Positions 6,562 through 15,478 of a DNA stretch of 24,680 bases are shown here, piece by piece. The position numbers and the translations under genes are program-made. Location of the stretch: contig JAKATV010000366.1 of NCBI GenBank assembly GCA_021818565.1, positions 1 through 24,680 on the forward strand, given 5' to 3'. Position 1 is the first letter of the stretch. Each line of letters begins with the position of its first letter. The notes below the pieces were generated by a model that made no database searches, was not told where the DNA came from, and saw only the letters and a program-made list of their open reading frames with translations. Origin of the DNA: Planctomycetota bacterium. Lineage in GTDB: Bacteria; Planctomycetota; Phycisphaerae; WQYP01.

Positions 6562-7185
6562 CTATATGCCCCGGGATTCTCCCGGATCACTTCTGGCCCC
6601 GGCTCCAGCCCACCGCGTATTCCAATCGTGCGGCACGTCCAGTAAATCCAGCACGCGCCCGGCGACCATGGTCACCAGATCATCAATGGTCTGCGGGGTT
6701 TTATAAAATCCGGGGCTGGCCGGGCAAATTATTGCACCCGCTTCAGCCAATTGGCACATGTTGCGCAGTTCAATTAATCCAACAGGCATTTCGCGGTGCA
6801 GCAGAATCAACGGTCTTCGCTCCTTAAGTGTCACTTGCGCCGCCCGTCCAATAAGGTTATCGCCCAACCCCCGCGAAATTTCCGCCAGTTTATTGCTCGA
6901 ACACGGGGCCACCACCATGCCGTGCGTTTTATATGATCCGGATGCGATACACGCGCCGATATCCTGATATGGCAACGGAATGATGTCATGCGGAATAGTC
7001 ATGGCCAGAATTTCTTCCGGATCAGGATGTTCCACCCCCAGTTCATCATGTAAAAGCCTGCGACCGGCCGGGGAAATAACCAGATACACCCGGCAACTTG
7101 CGCTGGAAAGCCCCTGCAAAATTTTCCGCGCATAAATGGCGCCGGAAGCTCCGGTGATCGCGAGAATAAACGTTTTCTTTGGCAT
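6562..7185 (-). CDS. ubiX: Flavin prenyltransferase UbiX
   Basis: LAITGASGAIY, IGACIASGS, VAPCS, DNLIGRAAQVTLKERRPLIL, REMP and PASPGFY. ATG at 7185. Confidence 0.95.
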   Translation of the reverse strand: MPKKTFILAITGASGAIYARKILQGLSSASCRVYLVISPAGRRLLHDELGVEHPDPEEILAMTIPHDIIPLPYQDIGACIASGSYKTHGMVVAPCSSNKLAEISRGLGDNLIGRAAQVTLKERRPLILLHREMPVGLIELRNMCQLAEAGAIICPASPGFYKTPQTIDDLVTMVAGRVLDLLDVPHDWNTRWAGAGARSDPGESRGI

Positions 7186-7240
7186 CAATATGTCTCTACT
7201 TCCGAGTTGCCCGCGGCTGCCTGATCATCCGCAGTTGGTT

Positions 7241-7567
7241 TTACTGGTCCTCAAGTTCCTCTTCATCGATGAGGGTTTTATGAACCACGGCGTGGTCATT
7301 AAACCAGTTATAGATTTCAATATGGGATAAAAAATCCTTACCATAACGATAGGTTAAACGGTCGGTATAGTCTTCCTTCCGGCAATCACGCAGATGATCC
7401 AGAAGTGCCATAGACGCGAAGAACCAGCTCGGTTTGATCACATTCGGCAGTTTGGCGCAATACAGCGAAATATTTTCTGACCCAAACGGTTGCTTGCAGT
7501 GCCGACACCACCAGTCGCAGCGGACCGTCCGCCGCATGATTTTTTCGCTTTCCACAAGCTTACGCAT
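7241..7567 (-). CDS. Hypothetical Cys-containing protein (108 aa) inside the menaquinone cluster
   Basis: Its ATG overlaps the menG stop by 8 bp and it fills the gap to ubiX. It contains CDWWCRHC and an acidic C-terminus. I do not recognise the family. Confidence 0.7.
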   Translation of the reverse strand: MRKLVESEKIMRRTVRCDWWCRHCKQPFGSENISLYCAKLPNVIKPSWFFASMALLDHLRDCRKEDYTDRLTYRYGKDFLSHIEIYNWFNDHAVVHKTLIDEEELEDQ

Positions 7568-8333
7568 GGCGCATTCCCCTGTAGCAGAAACAGACTCCAG
7601 CCGTCAATGATGTAGCTGTTACATCGGCAAAGCCCGCGTCTTTCATGCGTTGCGTCAGTTGCTGGGGAGAAATAAAGGTGTTCACGCTCTCGGGGAGGTA
7701 TTTATAGGCACCGGTTTTATCCCCGCTGATCAGCGTGGCCGTGCGCGGTAAAATACGCCGAAAGTAAAAATTGTATCCGGCTCGCAGCACCGAATTTGTC
7801 GGCAGAGAAAACTCCAGAATAATCAGTCGCCCGCCCGGCCGCAGTACCCGATAAAATTCATCCACAGCCTTGCCCCAGTCCGATACATTGCGAATGCCGA
7901 AGGCAATCGAAACAATATCCGCGCTCTGATTCCGCAACGGCAGGCGCAGGGCATCGCCCTCATAAAAGGAAATGGCCCGCCCCGTAGAAGCGGCATTTTT
8001 TCCGCAGGCACCCTGCAACATGGCGTGGCAAAAATCAATTCCAATAACCCGCCTCGGGCCCGCTCGATCAAACGCCGCCGACAGATCGCCTGTGCCGCAC
8101 GCAATATCCGCCACGATATCCGAAGCCTTTACCCCCGCGATCTGTACGGCCTTGCGCCGCCAGTAGTGATCCATCCAAAGCGAATGTAAATGATTATTCA
8201 GATCATAAGACGGTGCAATGGCCGAAAACATGCGCTGTACCCGGCCGGCTTTGTCCACGGCCTCATGCGGATTTTTCAGATTGCCCTGATCCCATGCCGG
8301 CGGGGGGGTGGAAGTTGTTGTGGTATCAGCCAT
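7560..8333 (-). CDS. menG: Demethylmenaquinone methyltransferase (MenG/UbiE family)
   Basis: MFSAIAPSYDLNN, DIACGTGD, GDALRLP, SIAFGIRNV, RVLRPGGRLIILEF and AYKYLPESV. Confidence 0.95.
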   Translation of the reverse strand: MADTTTTSTPPPAWDQGNLKNPHEAVDKAGRVQRMFSAIAPSYDLNNHLHSLWMDHYWRRKAVQIAGVKASDIVADIACGTGDLSAAFDRAGPRRVIGIDFCHAMLQGACGKNAASTGRAISFYEGDALRLPLRNQSADIVSIAFGIRNVSDWGKAVDEFYRVLRPGGRLIILEFSLPTNSVLRAGYNFYFRRILPRTATLISGDKTGAYKYLPESVNTFISPQQLTQRMKDAGFADVTATSLTAGVCFCYRGMRHA

Positions 8334-8483
8334 TGCAATGCGGGTCCATTTCCAAACGATATATCAGTGATTATAGCCTAAATCAAGCAGAAATGGATAT
8401 AATGTAATTGTTCGGATGTTTGCCGCGGCCGGGGGATTCGCCTGCAACCCGCGAGGCTTGGATAGTGTAATTGGGTACCCCTG

Positions 8484-9026
8484 ATGCTCTTATTGAAAAA
8501 ACATCTCGTGGAACTGGTGCGAGCCGGTAAAAAGCGACAGACCATCCGTTATTGGACGCGGCCGATAGTATTTGCGGGGCAGATCAGCTTTACGCCCGGG
8601 TTGGGCAAAATGAAAATTTTGCGCGTTGATGAATTGGCGGGGTACGAATCTTTAACCATCAACGACGCCCGCGATGATGGTTTTGATACGCTTGAAGATC
8701 TTCTGGCTGAACTCAAGCGGAATTATCCGGAGGTGCCGCCCGGCAAGCGGCTCTACCGTGTGATGTTCCAATGGCCCCTGGAAGAGCCAAAGGCAGCCCC
8801 TTCTCCAACCGCTTCTCCTATTCCCCACAACGGGGCAAGTACCGCCCCGCCGGCCCCGCTGGTAAAAATTTCCCGAAGACCCAAAGCCCGCACCGCACCT
8901 TCAACCGATCGCCTCGCCAGCCCACCGGCAAAGGCGCTACCCAGTGACGGATGTATGTCCCCACCCCAGCGGGAATTACTGCGCGGCTGGGTGATTGCTC
9001 AGTTGCCCGCAAACCGATCATCGTAA
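8484..9026 (+). CDS. ASCH (PUA-like) domain protein with a Pro/Ala-rich C-terminal tail
   Basis: GKKRQTIR (GxKxxTxR) and LT..DAR.DGF.TLEDLL..L...YP. Confidence 0.82.
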   Translation: MLLLKKHLVELVRAGKKRQTIRYWTRPIVFAGQISFTPGLGKMKILRVDELAGYESLTINDARDDGFDTLEDLLAELKRNYPEVPPGKRLYRVMFQWPLEEPKAAPSPTASPIPHNGASTAPPAPLVKISRRPKARTAPSTDRLASPPAKALPSDGCMSPPQRELLRGWVIAQLPANRSS

Positions 9027-9101
9027 GTCCTCCTAAATCCACTATCGCCATTTAAGTTTCCAAGCCGGTGTGCGGCGGCTGAAATTTTCCTGAAGTATCA
9101 C

Positions 9102-10919
9102 TCACAAAGTCACCTTCAATGCCACTGCGTAATTAAGTGTCGGACGGTATTTAGGCAATTCCACGCGCAGGCCATGGGCGGTCTGTTTCCAGCGTAATTT
9201 TTCATCTGTGCCAAGCAGTTCTACCTGCTGGATTTTTCCCGGGTTGGTGGCTGCGGCTGTACCCAGGGACTTGATCATAAATGCGTCCTTGGGCCACCCC
9301 AACGCCAGAGCATAAACCACTGTATTGGCTTTGTTGCGAGTGAAGCGAATGTCATTGGCCCCCAAATGATTTGTACCACCACCCCGCATGGAACCGGCTC
9401 GCATGACATTGGGACCTTCGCCATACACTTTCCATGGGCGCGTGGCGTAAATGGCCTCACTATTTATGGCCATCCAGTCTCCGATTTTATCAAGTATTAA
9501 CTGCTCCTTGCGGTCAATGGTGCCATCGGGTTTGCCGGGAATATTGAGAATAAACGTTCCATTTTTGCTTACAACATCAATCATCCAGTGAATGATTTTA
9601 TCTGGCGGCATATAGCCGCCGTATTTACCGGGATCATTAAATAAAGCCCGCTGATAGTGCCAATCTCCGATGCAGGTTTCCGATTGCCATGGGTGGGACA
9701 TAATTCCGCTGGTTACACCGCGTTCAATATCCGCCACCACCGCTTTCATCCAATGGCCCGGCACGCCTTTAACATTAATGACACCTTCCATTTTTCCGCC
9801 GTGAAGTTGCAGATTGCGATTATAGAAATACGCACCAATATTCATACCGCCCCAGCCCAGCGGCAAAAGCGGGTTGTCAAAATAGAGTAAATCCGGATTA
9901 TGCTGATCCACCAGATCGCGTGTGCGGTCATAAAAGTTTTTCACATAGGAAATGTCCGGAAGGGCATCGGGCATGTGCTTGGGGCCGTAAAGTTGCTGTG
10001 GATCCAGGCCTTCCCACCATTGGCCTTTTCCCTGGGCTTTGGTCAAATCACCATCATACGGCACACCCGCCAATGGGCCGGCGTGATCAGCTCCGTGGGA
10101 AGTTTGAAACCACCACCAGTTATAAGCCTGATGCACCGTTACACCAAAGCGCATCCCATTAGCCCGCGCGGTTTTGGCCCAGGTGCCAATGACATCGCGA
10201 TGCGGGCCGATATTTTGGGCGTTCCATGGATGATGTTTGGAGTTCCACGTATCAAAGCCATCATGATGATTGGCCAAAGCCAGGAACAGTTTGGCCCCGG
10301 CCCGTTTGTAACTGGCCATCAGCGCTTCGGGTTCCCAGTTCAACAGTGTCCACTGCGGGCAGAGGTCTTTATAACCGAACACGGAGGGGTGGCCATAATG
10401 TTTAAGGTTGTATTTGTATTGCTGCGAACCTTGGATATACATTAAGCGTGCGTACCAATCCCCGTCTTCCGGCACGCACTGCGGACTCCAATGATTCCAG
10501 ATGCCGAACTTGGCATCGCGAAACCATTCGGGACAGTCATATTGCAAAAGAGAATCCCACGTGGGCTTATAGGGGCCATGACCGGATAGCTCAGCAAAGG
10601 GTGATTTCATCGGCACGCCATACCAGGAACCACCGGGAACAGGCAGGCGTGGCACATGCTGCATCTGCTCAATAGTATCAGGCTTCCACGTGGCATCGGA
10701 AAGTTTTTCCGGCACAATGCGTTGTCCGCGTTTCCCGTGCAAAGTATAAAACACCCGTTTATTTGCGGGCGTATTGCAGAATGCGGCATAATTTTCAGTG
10801 AATTTGTCAAAATCAGCCGGGACGCTAAGCGATCTTGCTTCGCTGATTTTAGCCGCCACAGGTAACAGCGCCGCTGCGGCTGCGCCAGCCATGAGTTTGC
10901 AGAAATCGCGTCTTTTCAT
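9102..10919 (-). CDS. Alpha-L-fucosidase, GH29, with Tat signal peptide
   Basis: Start at ATG 10919 (MKRRDFCKL twin-arginine; GAGG SD). PEWFRDAKFGIWNHW, ANHHDGF, nucleophile region LLYFD, PWQSETCIGDWHY, DVVSKNGTFILNI and W...NSEAIYATRPW. Confidence 0.93.
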   Translation of the reverse strand: MKRRDFCKLMAGAAAAALLPVAAKISEARSLSVPADFDKFTENYAAFCNTPANKRVFYTLHGKRGQRIVPEKLSDATWKPDTIEQMQHVPRLPVPGGSWYGVPMKSPFAELSGHGPYKPTWDSLLQYDCPEWFRDAKFGIWNHWSPQCVPEDGDWYARLMYIQGSQQYKYNLKHYGHPSVFGYKDLCPQWTLLNWEPEALMASYKRAGAKLFLALANHHDGFDTWNSKHHPWNAQNIGPHRDVIGTWAKTARANGMRFGVTVHQAYNWWWFQTSHGADHAGPLAGVPYDGDLTKAQGKGQWWEGLDPQQLYGPKHMPDALPDISYVKNFYDRTRDLVDQHNPDLLYFDNPLLPLGWGGMNIGAYFYNRNLQLHGGKMEGVINVKGVPGHWMKAVVADIERGVTSGIMSHPWQSETCIGDWHYQRALFNDPGKYGGYMPPDKIIHWMIDVVSKNGTFILNIPGKPDGTIDRKEQLILDKIGDWMAINSEAIYATRPWKVYGEGPNVMRAGSMRGGGTNHLGANDIRFTRNKANTVVYALALGWPKDAFMIKSLGTAAATNPGKIQQVELLGTDEKLRWKQTAHGLRVELPKYRPTLNYAVALKVTL

Positions 10920-11075
10920 GGCTTTTTCCTCTTTTAAAACCGCTGGTGAACTACAGATTGAACCTGCTAAACCATTTTTCCTGTCAGCGGCACACATAAA
11001 ATCTTACATCCCATGCCAGAAAACGCAATCCACATCCATGGTAATTAAATAATGACTACCGCAATATTTCCGATG

Positions 11076-11103
11076 TTGACTACCTTATTTTCTATGATAG
11101 TGT
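11076..11103 (+). promoter_or_regulatory. Putative sigma70 promoter for the GH2 gene
   Basis: TTGACT (11076-81), 16-bp spacer, TG-a extended -10 and TAGTGT (11098-103). Confidence 0.4.
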
Positions 11104-11184
11104 ATGGCAATAGTCGCGAGCGCTGCGAGTAATCTTGGCGGGCAATGCCTCGGCTTTACGCTTAGTCCCAATTAAGGAAACCGT

Positions 11185-13887
11185 ATGATCAAGCGGTCGG
11201 CTCTCTGGTTATCGGTGTTGGTGCTGATGCTTTTTGCACAATTTGGCATCGTGCAAAACTCCCCTGCGGCGGTTTATGTGCCGCCCGCTTCGGCTCGGAA
11301 AATTTACAATTTTAATCCCGGCTGGAAATTTATCCGCCAAAACGTGCCCGGCGCACAAAAGCCAGATTTTAACGATGCAACCTGGGTCAATGTCTCCACC
11401 CCCCATACCTTCAATGATGTCGATTCTTATGATCATATTATCAGCCACAGCGGCGGCGACCGCCATGCCTGGACCGGCACAGTCTGGTATCGCAAGCATT
11501 TCAAGTTGCCTCAACAAGATGCCGGCGATCAGATTGTTCTGGAATTTGAAGGCATCCGGCAGGCCGCTAAATTTTGGGTCAATGGCCACGCCGTGGGGCT
11601 TTATCAAAACGGCGTCACCGCCTGCGGCCTGAACGTGACCCACTTCGTTACATTCGGAAGCACGGATAATGTCATCGCTGTAAAAGTCGACAACCGCCTG
11701 AACTATAAACAGGTGGCCACGGGCGTGGAATATGAATGGGAATCAAGAGCCTTTAATCCGGACTACGGTGGTTTACATTCGGATGTGCGGCTTATTGTCA
11801 CAGGGGATATCTACCAGACTCTGCCGTTCTATGACACGCTGAAAACCACTGGAATTTATATTTACCCGTCCCATTTTTCCTTCCGTAACAAAACCTGCCT
11901 GGTGCATGTGCATTCCCAGGTCCGCAATGCCACCGCCACACGACAAACGATCACGCTTTCAGCGGTGGTTGTGGATGCGGCCGGGAAAGTATGCGCCACA
12001 TTCCATGGCGGCACAGCCACCCTGCCCGCCCATGGAACCAGTACCCTGGCCGCACAGGGGCAACTTACCGACGCCCATTTCTGGGATGTGCAAAATCCCT
12101 ATCTGTATAACGTCTACTGCATTCTCACTGTCGGCGGAAAAGTTGTTGATGTCCAGAAAATTACCACCGGTTTTCGTCAGGCCCGGTTCAAAGGTGGTGC
12201 CGGTACGGGTGGCGTGTATCTGAATGGGAAATTTATTTATCTCACGGGCTACGCCCAGCGCGCTGTGGATGATTGGGCCGGCCTCGGTGAAGCCTATCCT
12301 GACTGGATGCATGATTACAACGCGGCACTTATCCGCAGTACGCACGCCAATTACATCCGCTGGATGCACATATCACCCCAGCCCGTGGACGTGCGGGCCT
12401 GTGATCGCTTCGGTATTATTGAAATCTGCCCCGCCGGTGATAAGGAATATGATCCCGCCCTGCGACGCGGCTTGCCACACAGGGTAGCGGTGGCACAATG
12501 GCAGCAGCGCGTGGCGGTGATGCGGGATTCCATTATTTTGTATCGCAACGATCCCAGCATCCTGTTCTGGGAGGCCGGCAATTCAGTACTTACGCCGGCC
12601 CACATGCGGCAGATGGTGTCGCTACGAAAGAAATGGGATCCCCACGGCTACCGCGCCATGGGTTATCGCGGTAACAGCGACAATGCCGCCAATCAGGCCC
12701 TGACGCATATCGCCGAATATTACGGCGTCATGATCGGCCAGGACCCCCGGACCGACAAAGTTACCAAACCGGGACAGATGTTTCGCGCATACAGCGTTGG
12801 CCGGCGCAACCGTGCCCCGTTGATCGAATGCGAAGATTTTCGCGATGAAGCCGCCCGACGATTCTGGGATAATTCCTCGCCACCATTTTTCGGCTTCAAG
12901 CCTGGACCGCATGACACATACCACTGGAACTCAGAAACGTTCTGCCTCGCGGCGGCGGTTCGTTATCATGATTATTACATCAACCGCATTTCCAATACGA
13001 ATCCGAAACATTCAAAATGGTCCGGCTACGCTTCCATCTACTGGTCCGACTGTAATGCCGATGGCCGCCAGGACTCCAGCGAAGTTTGCCGCGTCAGTGG
13101 CAAAGTGGATGCGGTGCGCCTGCCCAAGCAGGCCTACTATGTTTACCGCGTCATGCAGGATCCCCATCCGGCCATTCATATCATCGGCCATTGGACGTAT
13201 CCGGCCGGGACGGTAAAAACCATTTACGTGGCGGCTAATCATTGCCGGACCGTGGCGTTGTTCATCAACGGCAAGTTAATTGGAAAGGCGAACCATCCCT
13301 GCAATTTCATCGATACCTTTCATCATCGGGATGATAACTGGGGAAATACCGGATATATATATGCGTTCCCCCATGTAACATTCGCTCCCGGCACAATTCT
13401 GGCCCAGGGCATCATCCATGGCAAAGTCGTGGTACATAATTCCATCCACACCGCCGGCGCACCGGCACGCCTCAAGCTCACAGTGTTCACCGGTCCCAAC
13501 GGTTTGCAGGCGGACGGTTCCGATGTCGCATTTATCGACTTCCAAGTGGTGGATGCCCGGGGCCAACGATGTCCGACCGTATATCAACGGGTCAATTTTC
13601 GCTTGACCGGTCCCGCGGTCTGGCGCGGAGGTTATGACAGCGGCGTGGTTAATTCGGTGGACAAACTGCACCTGATCGCCGAGTGCGGCGTGAACCGCGT
13701 GGCCATCCGCTCCACCGCGCAACCCGGCATCATCACATTAACCGCCTCATGTCCCGGTCTGCAACCCGCGGTGATACACATCCAATCACATGCCGTAAGA
13801 ATCATAAACGGACTGGAACGGCAAATGCCGCAGCGCCTGCCCCGGGCAGCGGCCCGTGCGCTTGTTCAAAAAACATTGAATCAATAA
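11185..13887 (+). CDS. Secreted glycoside hydrolase family 2 (beta-galactosidase-like fold, DUF4982-type C-terminal domains)
   Basis: Sec-type signal peptide, FNPGWKF, GTVWYRKHF, LEFEG, AHFWDVQNPYLY, GFRQ..F, YRNDPSILFW, SGKVDAVRLPK, GHWTYP and LQADGSDVAF. Confidence 0.9.
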   Translation: MIKRSALWLSVLVLMLFAQFGIVQNSPAAVYVPPASARKIYNFNPGWKFIRQNVPGAQKPDFNDATWVNVSTPHTFNDVDSYDHIISHSGGDRHAWTGTVWYRKHFKLPQQDAGDQIVLEFEGIRQAAKFWVNGHAVGLYQNGVTACGLNVTHFVTFGSTDNVIAVKVDNRLNYKQVATGVEYEWESRAFNPDYGGLHSDVRLIVTGDIYQTLPFYDTLKTTGIYIYPSHFSFRNKTCLVHVHSQVRNATATRQTITLSAVVVDAAGKVCATFHGGTATLPAHGTSTLAAQGQLTDAHFWDVQNPYLYNVYCILTVGGKVVDVQKITTGFRQARFKGGAGTGGVYLNGKFIYLTGYAQRAVDDWAGLGEAYPDWMHDYNAALIRSTHANYIRWMHISPQPVDVRACDRFGIIEICPAGDKEYDPALRRGLPHRVAVAQWQQRVAVMRDSIILYRNDPSILFWEAGNSVLTPAHMRQMVSLRKKWDPHGYRAMGYRGNSDNAANQALTHIAEYYGVMIGQDPRTDKVTKPGQMFRAYSVGRRNRAPLIECEDFRDEAARRFWDNSSPPFFGFKPGPHDTYHWNSETFCLAAAVRYHDYYINRISNTNPKHSKWSGYASIYWSDCNADGRQDSSEVCRVSGKVDAVRLPKQAYYVYRVMQDPHPAIHIIGHWTYPAGTVKTIYVAANHCRTVALFINGKLIGKANHPCNFIDTFHHRDDNWGNTGYIYAFPHVTFAPGTILAQGIIHGKVVVHNSIHTAGAPARLKLTVFTGPNGLQADGSDVAFIDFQVVDARGQRCPTVYQRVNFRLTGPAVWRGGYDSGVVNSVDKLHLIAECGVNRVAIRSTAQPGIITLTASCPGLQPAVIHIQSHAVRIINGLERQMPQRLPRAAARALVQKTLNQ

Positions 13888-13964
13888 TCAATGAACAATG
13901 GGCACTGACAATAGCAGCGATGGATTGGACTGCGGCCCAATAGAACAGGTGAATTTAGAGAGTT

Positions 13965-14053
13965 GAGCAGTAGAGCAGATACAGTTGGGATAAAAGAGCG
14001 GCTGTCGCCGAAAGGGGAAACACCTTCTGCAGCCAGTCGGCTATTTACTGCTC
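13965..14053. other. Nested inverted repeats in the GH2-PIN convergent intergenic region
   Basis: GAGCAGTA (13965-72) pairs with TACTGCTC (14046-53). Inside, GGCTG (14000-04) pairs with CAGCC (14030-34), and there is a CC-GAAA-GG tetraloop. Confidence 0.3.
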
Positions 14054-14162
14054 CGAGATTTGTATGATCTGGATTTATTCCGAAAGTTGAAAGATTTTCG
14101 GTTTCGCGTGCTCTCTGATGGACGGTAAATCTCCGCCGTGCGCGCACCGAAGGCGATTGTTT

Positions 14163-14675
14163 CTAATTGGTTCGCACAATGCCCAATAGCCGACCATGAC
14201 GCGCAACAAACTGATCCGGTTTGAGCACCGCAATATTGGCAAGGCGCTGGCGGAACCTTCGGCCCGTGATGCCGCCGTTGTGCGGGAGATCAAGGAGGTC
14301 GCGGTCGGTCGTTACCAGATCACTGGCCGATCCCGCAATCGCAAGCGTAATGAGCTTTTCATCCTTTTTGTCACGCGAAAAATTGAATCGGGTTCGAATC
14401 GTCTGCACGCGCTCTCCAACATACATCAGCCGATCCAGGACGATCTTCACCCGAAAAGGATCCAGCGCCGGGTACAAATCAACAAGGCTCGGGTCGTGTA
14501 GCACAAAACGGTACTCTGAAAGCAGTTCACGGCTGACGAGAACCAGCACCCGGCGATCCTCGCATGCACGAAGGATTCGGCCGGAATCGCTGAGCGGATT
14601 AAGCAACCCGCGTACAAGAATATTGGTGTCCAGAACGACGCGCTGCGATGAAAGAGGCAAGCCATCACTCCACAT
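14163..14675 (-). CDS. PIN-domain toxin (COG1569-like, putative type II TA toxin)
   Basis: RVVLDTNILV, LVSRELLSEY, RDKKDEKLITLAIAGSA and LVTTDRDLL. The start is ATG 14675 (overlapping the antitoxin end) or TTG 14660; the ORF-track start at 14816 is too long. Confidence 0.88.
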   Translation of the reverse strand: MWSDGLPLSSQRVVLDTNILVRGLLNPLSDSGRILRACEDRRVLVLVSRELLSEYRFVLHDPSLVDLYPALDPFRVKIVLDRLMYVGERVQTIRTRFNFSRDKKDEKLITLAIAGSASDLVTTDRDLLDLPHNGGITGRRFRQRLANIAVLKPDQFVARHGRLLGIVRTN

Positions 14676-14934
14676 GCGATTTGTGGAGATGATGTTTGGC
14701 TTTGGATCGCTCAACAAGCTGGTCAATTTCACGCTCGTCGACGTCATGCTTGTTGACGATGAGGCCGCTGAATCGGGTGATTTTCGCTTGTTTTGAGATC
14801 GCAATATCCTCTTCAACCAGGTGCCTTATGTAGCGTTCCGGGGTCATGCCGTTGCCTTTGGCCCGCGCCGCCACCTTGGCCATTTGCCATTTGGCAAGTC
14901 CCCTTATCCGTAACGTGCCACGTTCGGTTGGCAT
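14665..14934 (-). CDS. Putative antitoxin (89 aa, ribbon-helix-helix-like N-terminus)
   Basis: GAGGA SD. It lies directly upstream of, and overlaps, the PIN gene. It reads TLRIRGL (strand), then MAKVAARAKGNGMTPERYIRHLVEEDI (helix-helix). Confidence 0.72.
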   Translation of the reverse strand: MPTERGTLRIRGLAKWQMAKVAARAKGNGMTPERYIRHLVEEDIAISKQAKITRFSGLIVNKHDVDEREIDQLVERSKAKHHLHKSHVE

Positions 14935-14965
14935 AGCATTTTCCTCGACGAATAACCAGTCAATG

Positions 14966-14971
14966 ATTATA
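14966..14971 (-). promoter_or_regulatory. Perfect -10 TATAAT about 30 bp upstream of the antitoxin gene
   Basis: TATAAT on the minus strand; only a weak -35 (TGTACA at 18 bp). Confidence 0.35.
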
Positions 14972-15078
14972 CCGCCATTGCCGGAGCGATGTACAGCGTC
15001 ATTCTGTAAATTATCAATCCAATTCGTGTAATGGCCCAGCTAATTGTGGAGGAACCGATTACAATGGTCACGGGATCA

Positions 15079-15297
15079 GTGTCTGTCCTACGAACCACAT
15101 CTATCGGGGAGATTTTGGATGGGGGATAATCTGCGGGCATGAGGACCGGATTATCAGGCCTGCCGAATCAGAATGCTTTTGTTTTCCGCGAGTTGGCGCT
15201 GTTTCCAGACATCCGGCAGCCATTGGCGGACCTGCGTGATGGGTGTGCAGGGACGGTTGGCCGGCAGTTGAATAATGAAGTACCCACCGCGTGACAT
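15079..15297 (-). mobile_element. Probable IS66-family 3' remnant (end of TnpC plus right terminal inverted repeat)
   Basis: The minus frame 15297-15154 reads ..IIQLPANRPCTPITQVRQWLPDVWKQRQ.., resembling the IS66 C-terminal LP..TP..Q....LPD.WK element. About 55 bp further, GTGTCTGTCCTACGAACCAC (plus strand, 15079-98) resembles GTAAGCGTCC..CGAAC-type IS66 ends. Both resemblances are from memory and unverified. No left end or target-site duplication was found. Confidence 0.45.
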
Positions 15298-15478
15298 CCG
15301 ATAACATTTTTACTATTACGAAGAAGAAAACTTTAGGGTAAAGTGCATCAACGCGCTTGCTGGTGCGTTAGGCCAACTAGAGGGGTTGTTGTTTCCCGGG
15401 TTAGGTGATCCTGAAAAAGGCAATGGGTCACAGGAAATTACGAAGGGTGTTTGACGCAGATTATCACAGGGGTAACGT

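Noticed and set aside
5168-6827. Plus-strand ORFs of 143-271 aa over yhcG, ubiA and ubiX
   Set aside because: Antisense shadows of confidently assigned genes.
14110-14160. Glycine riboswitch or hammerhead-like fragments (CACCGAAGGCG, CTGATGG)
   Set aside because: The other conserved elements (GGAGA, CTCTCAGG; CTGATGA with GAAAC) are missing, and there is no downstream plus-strand gene.
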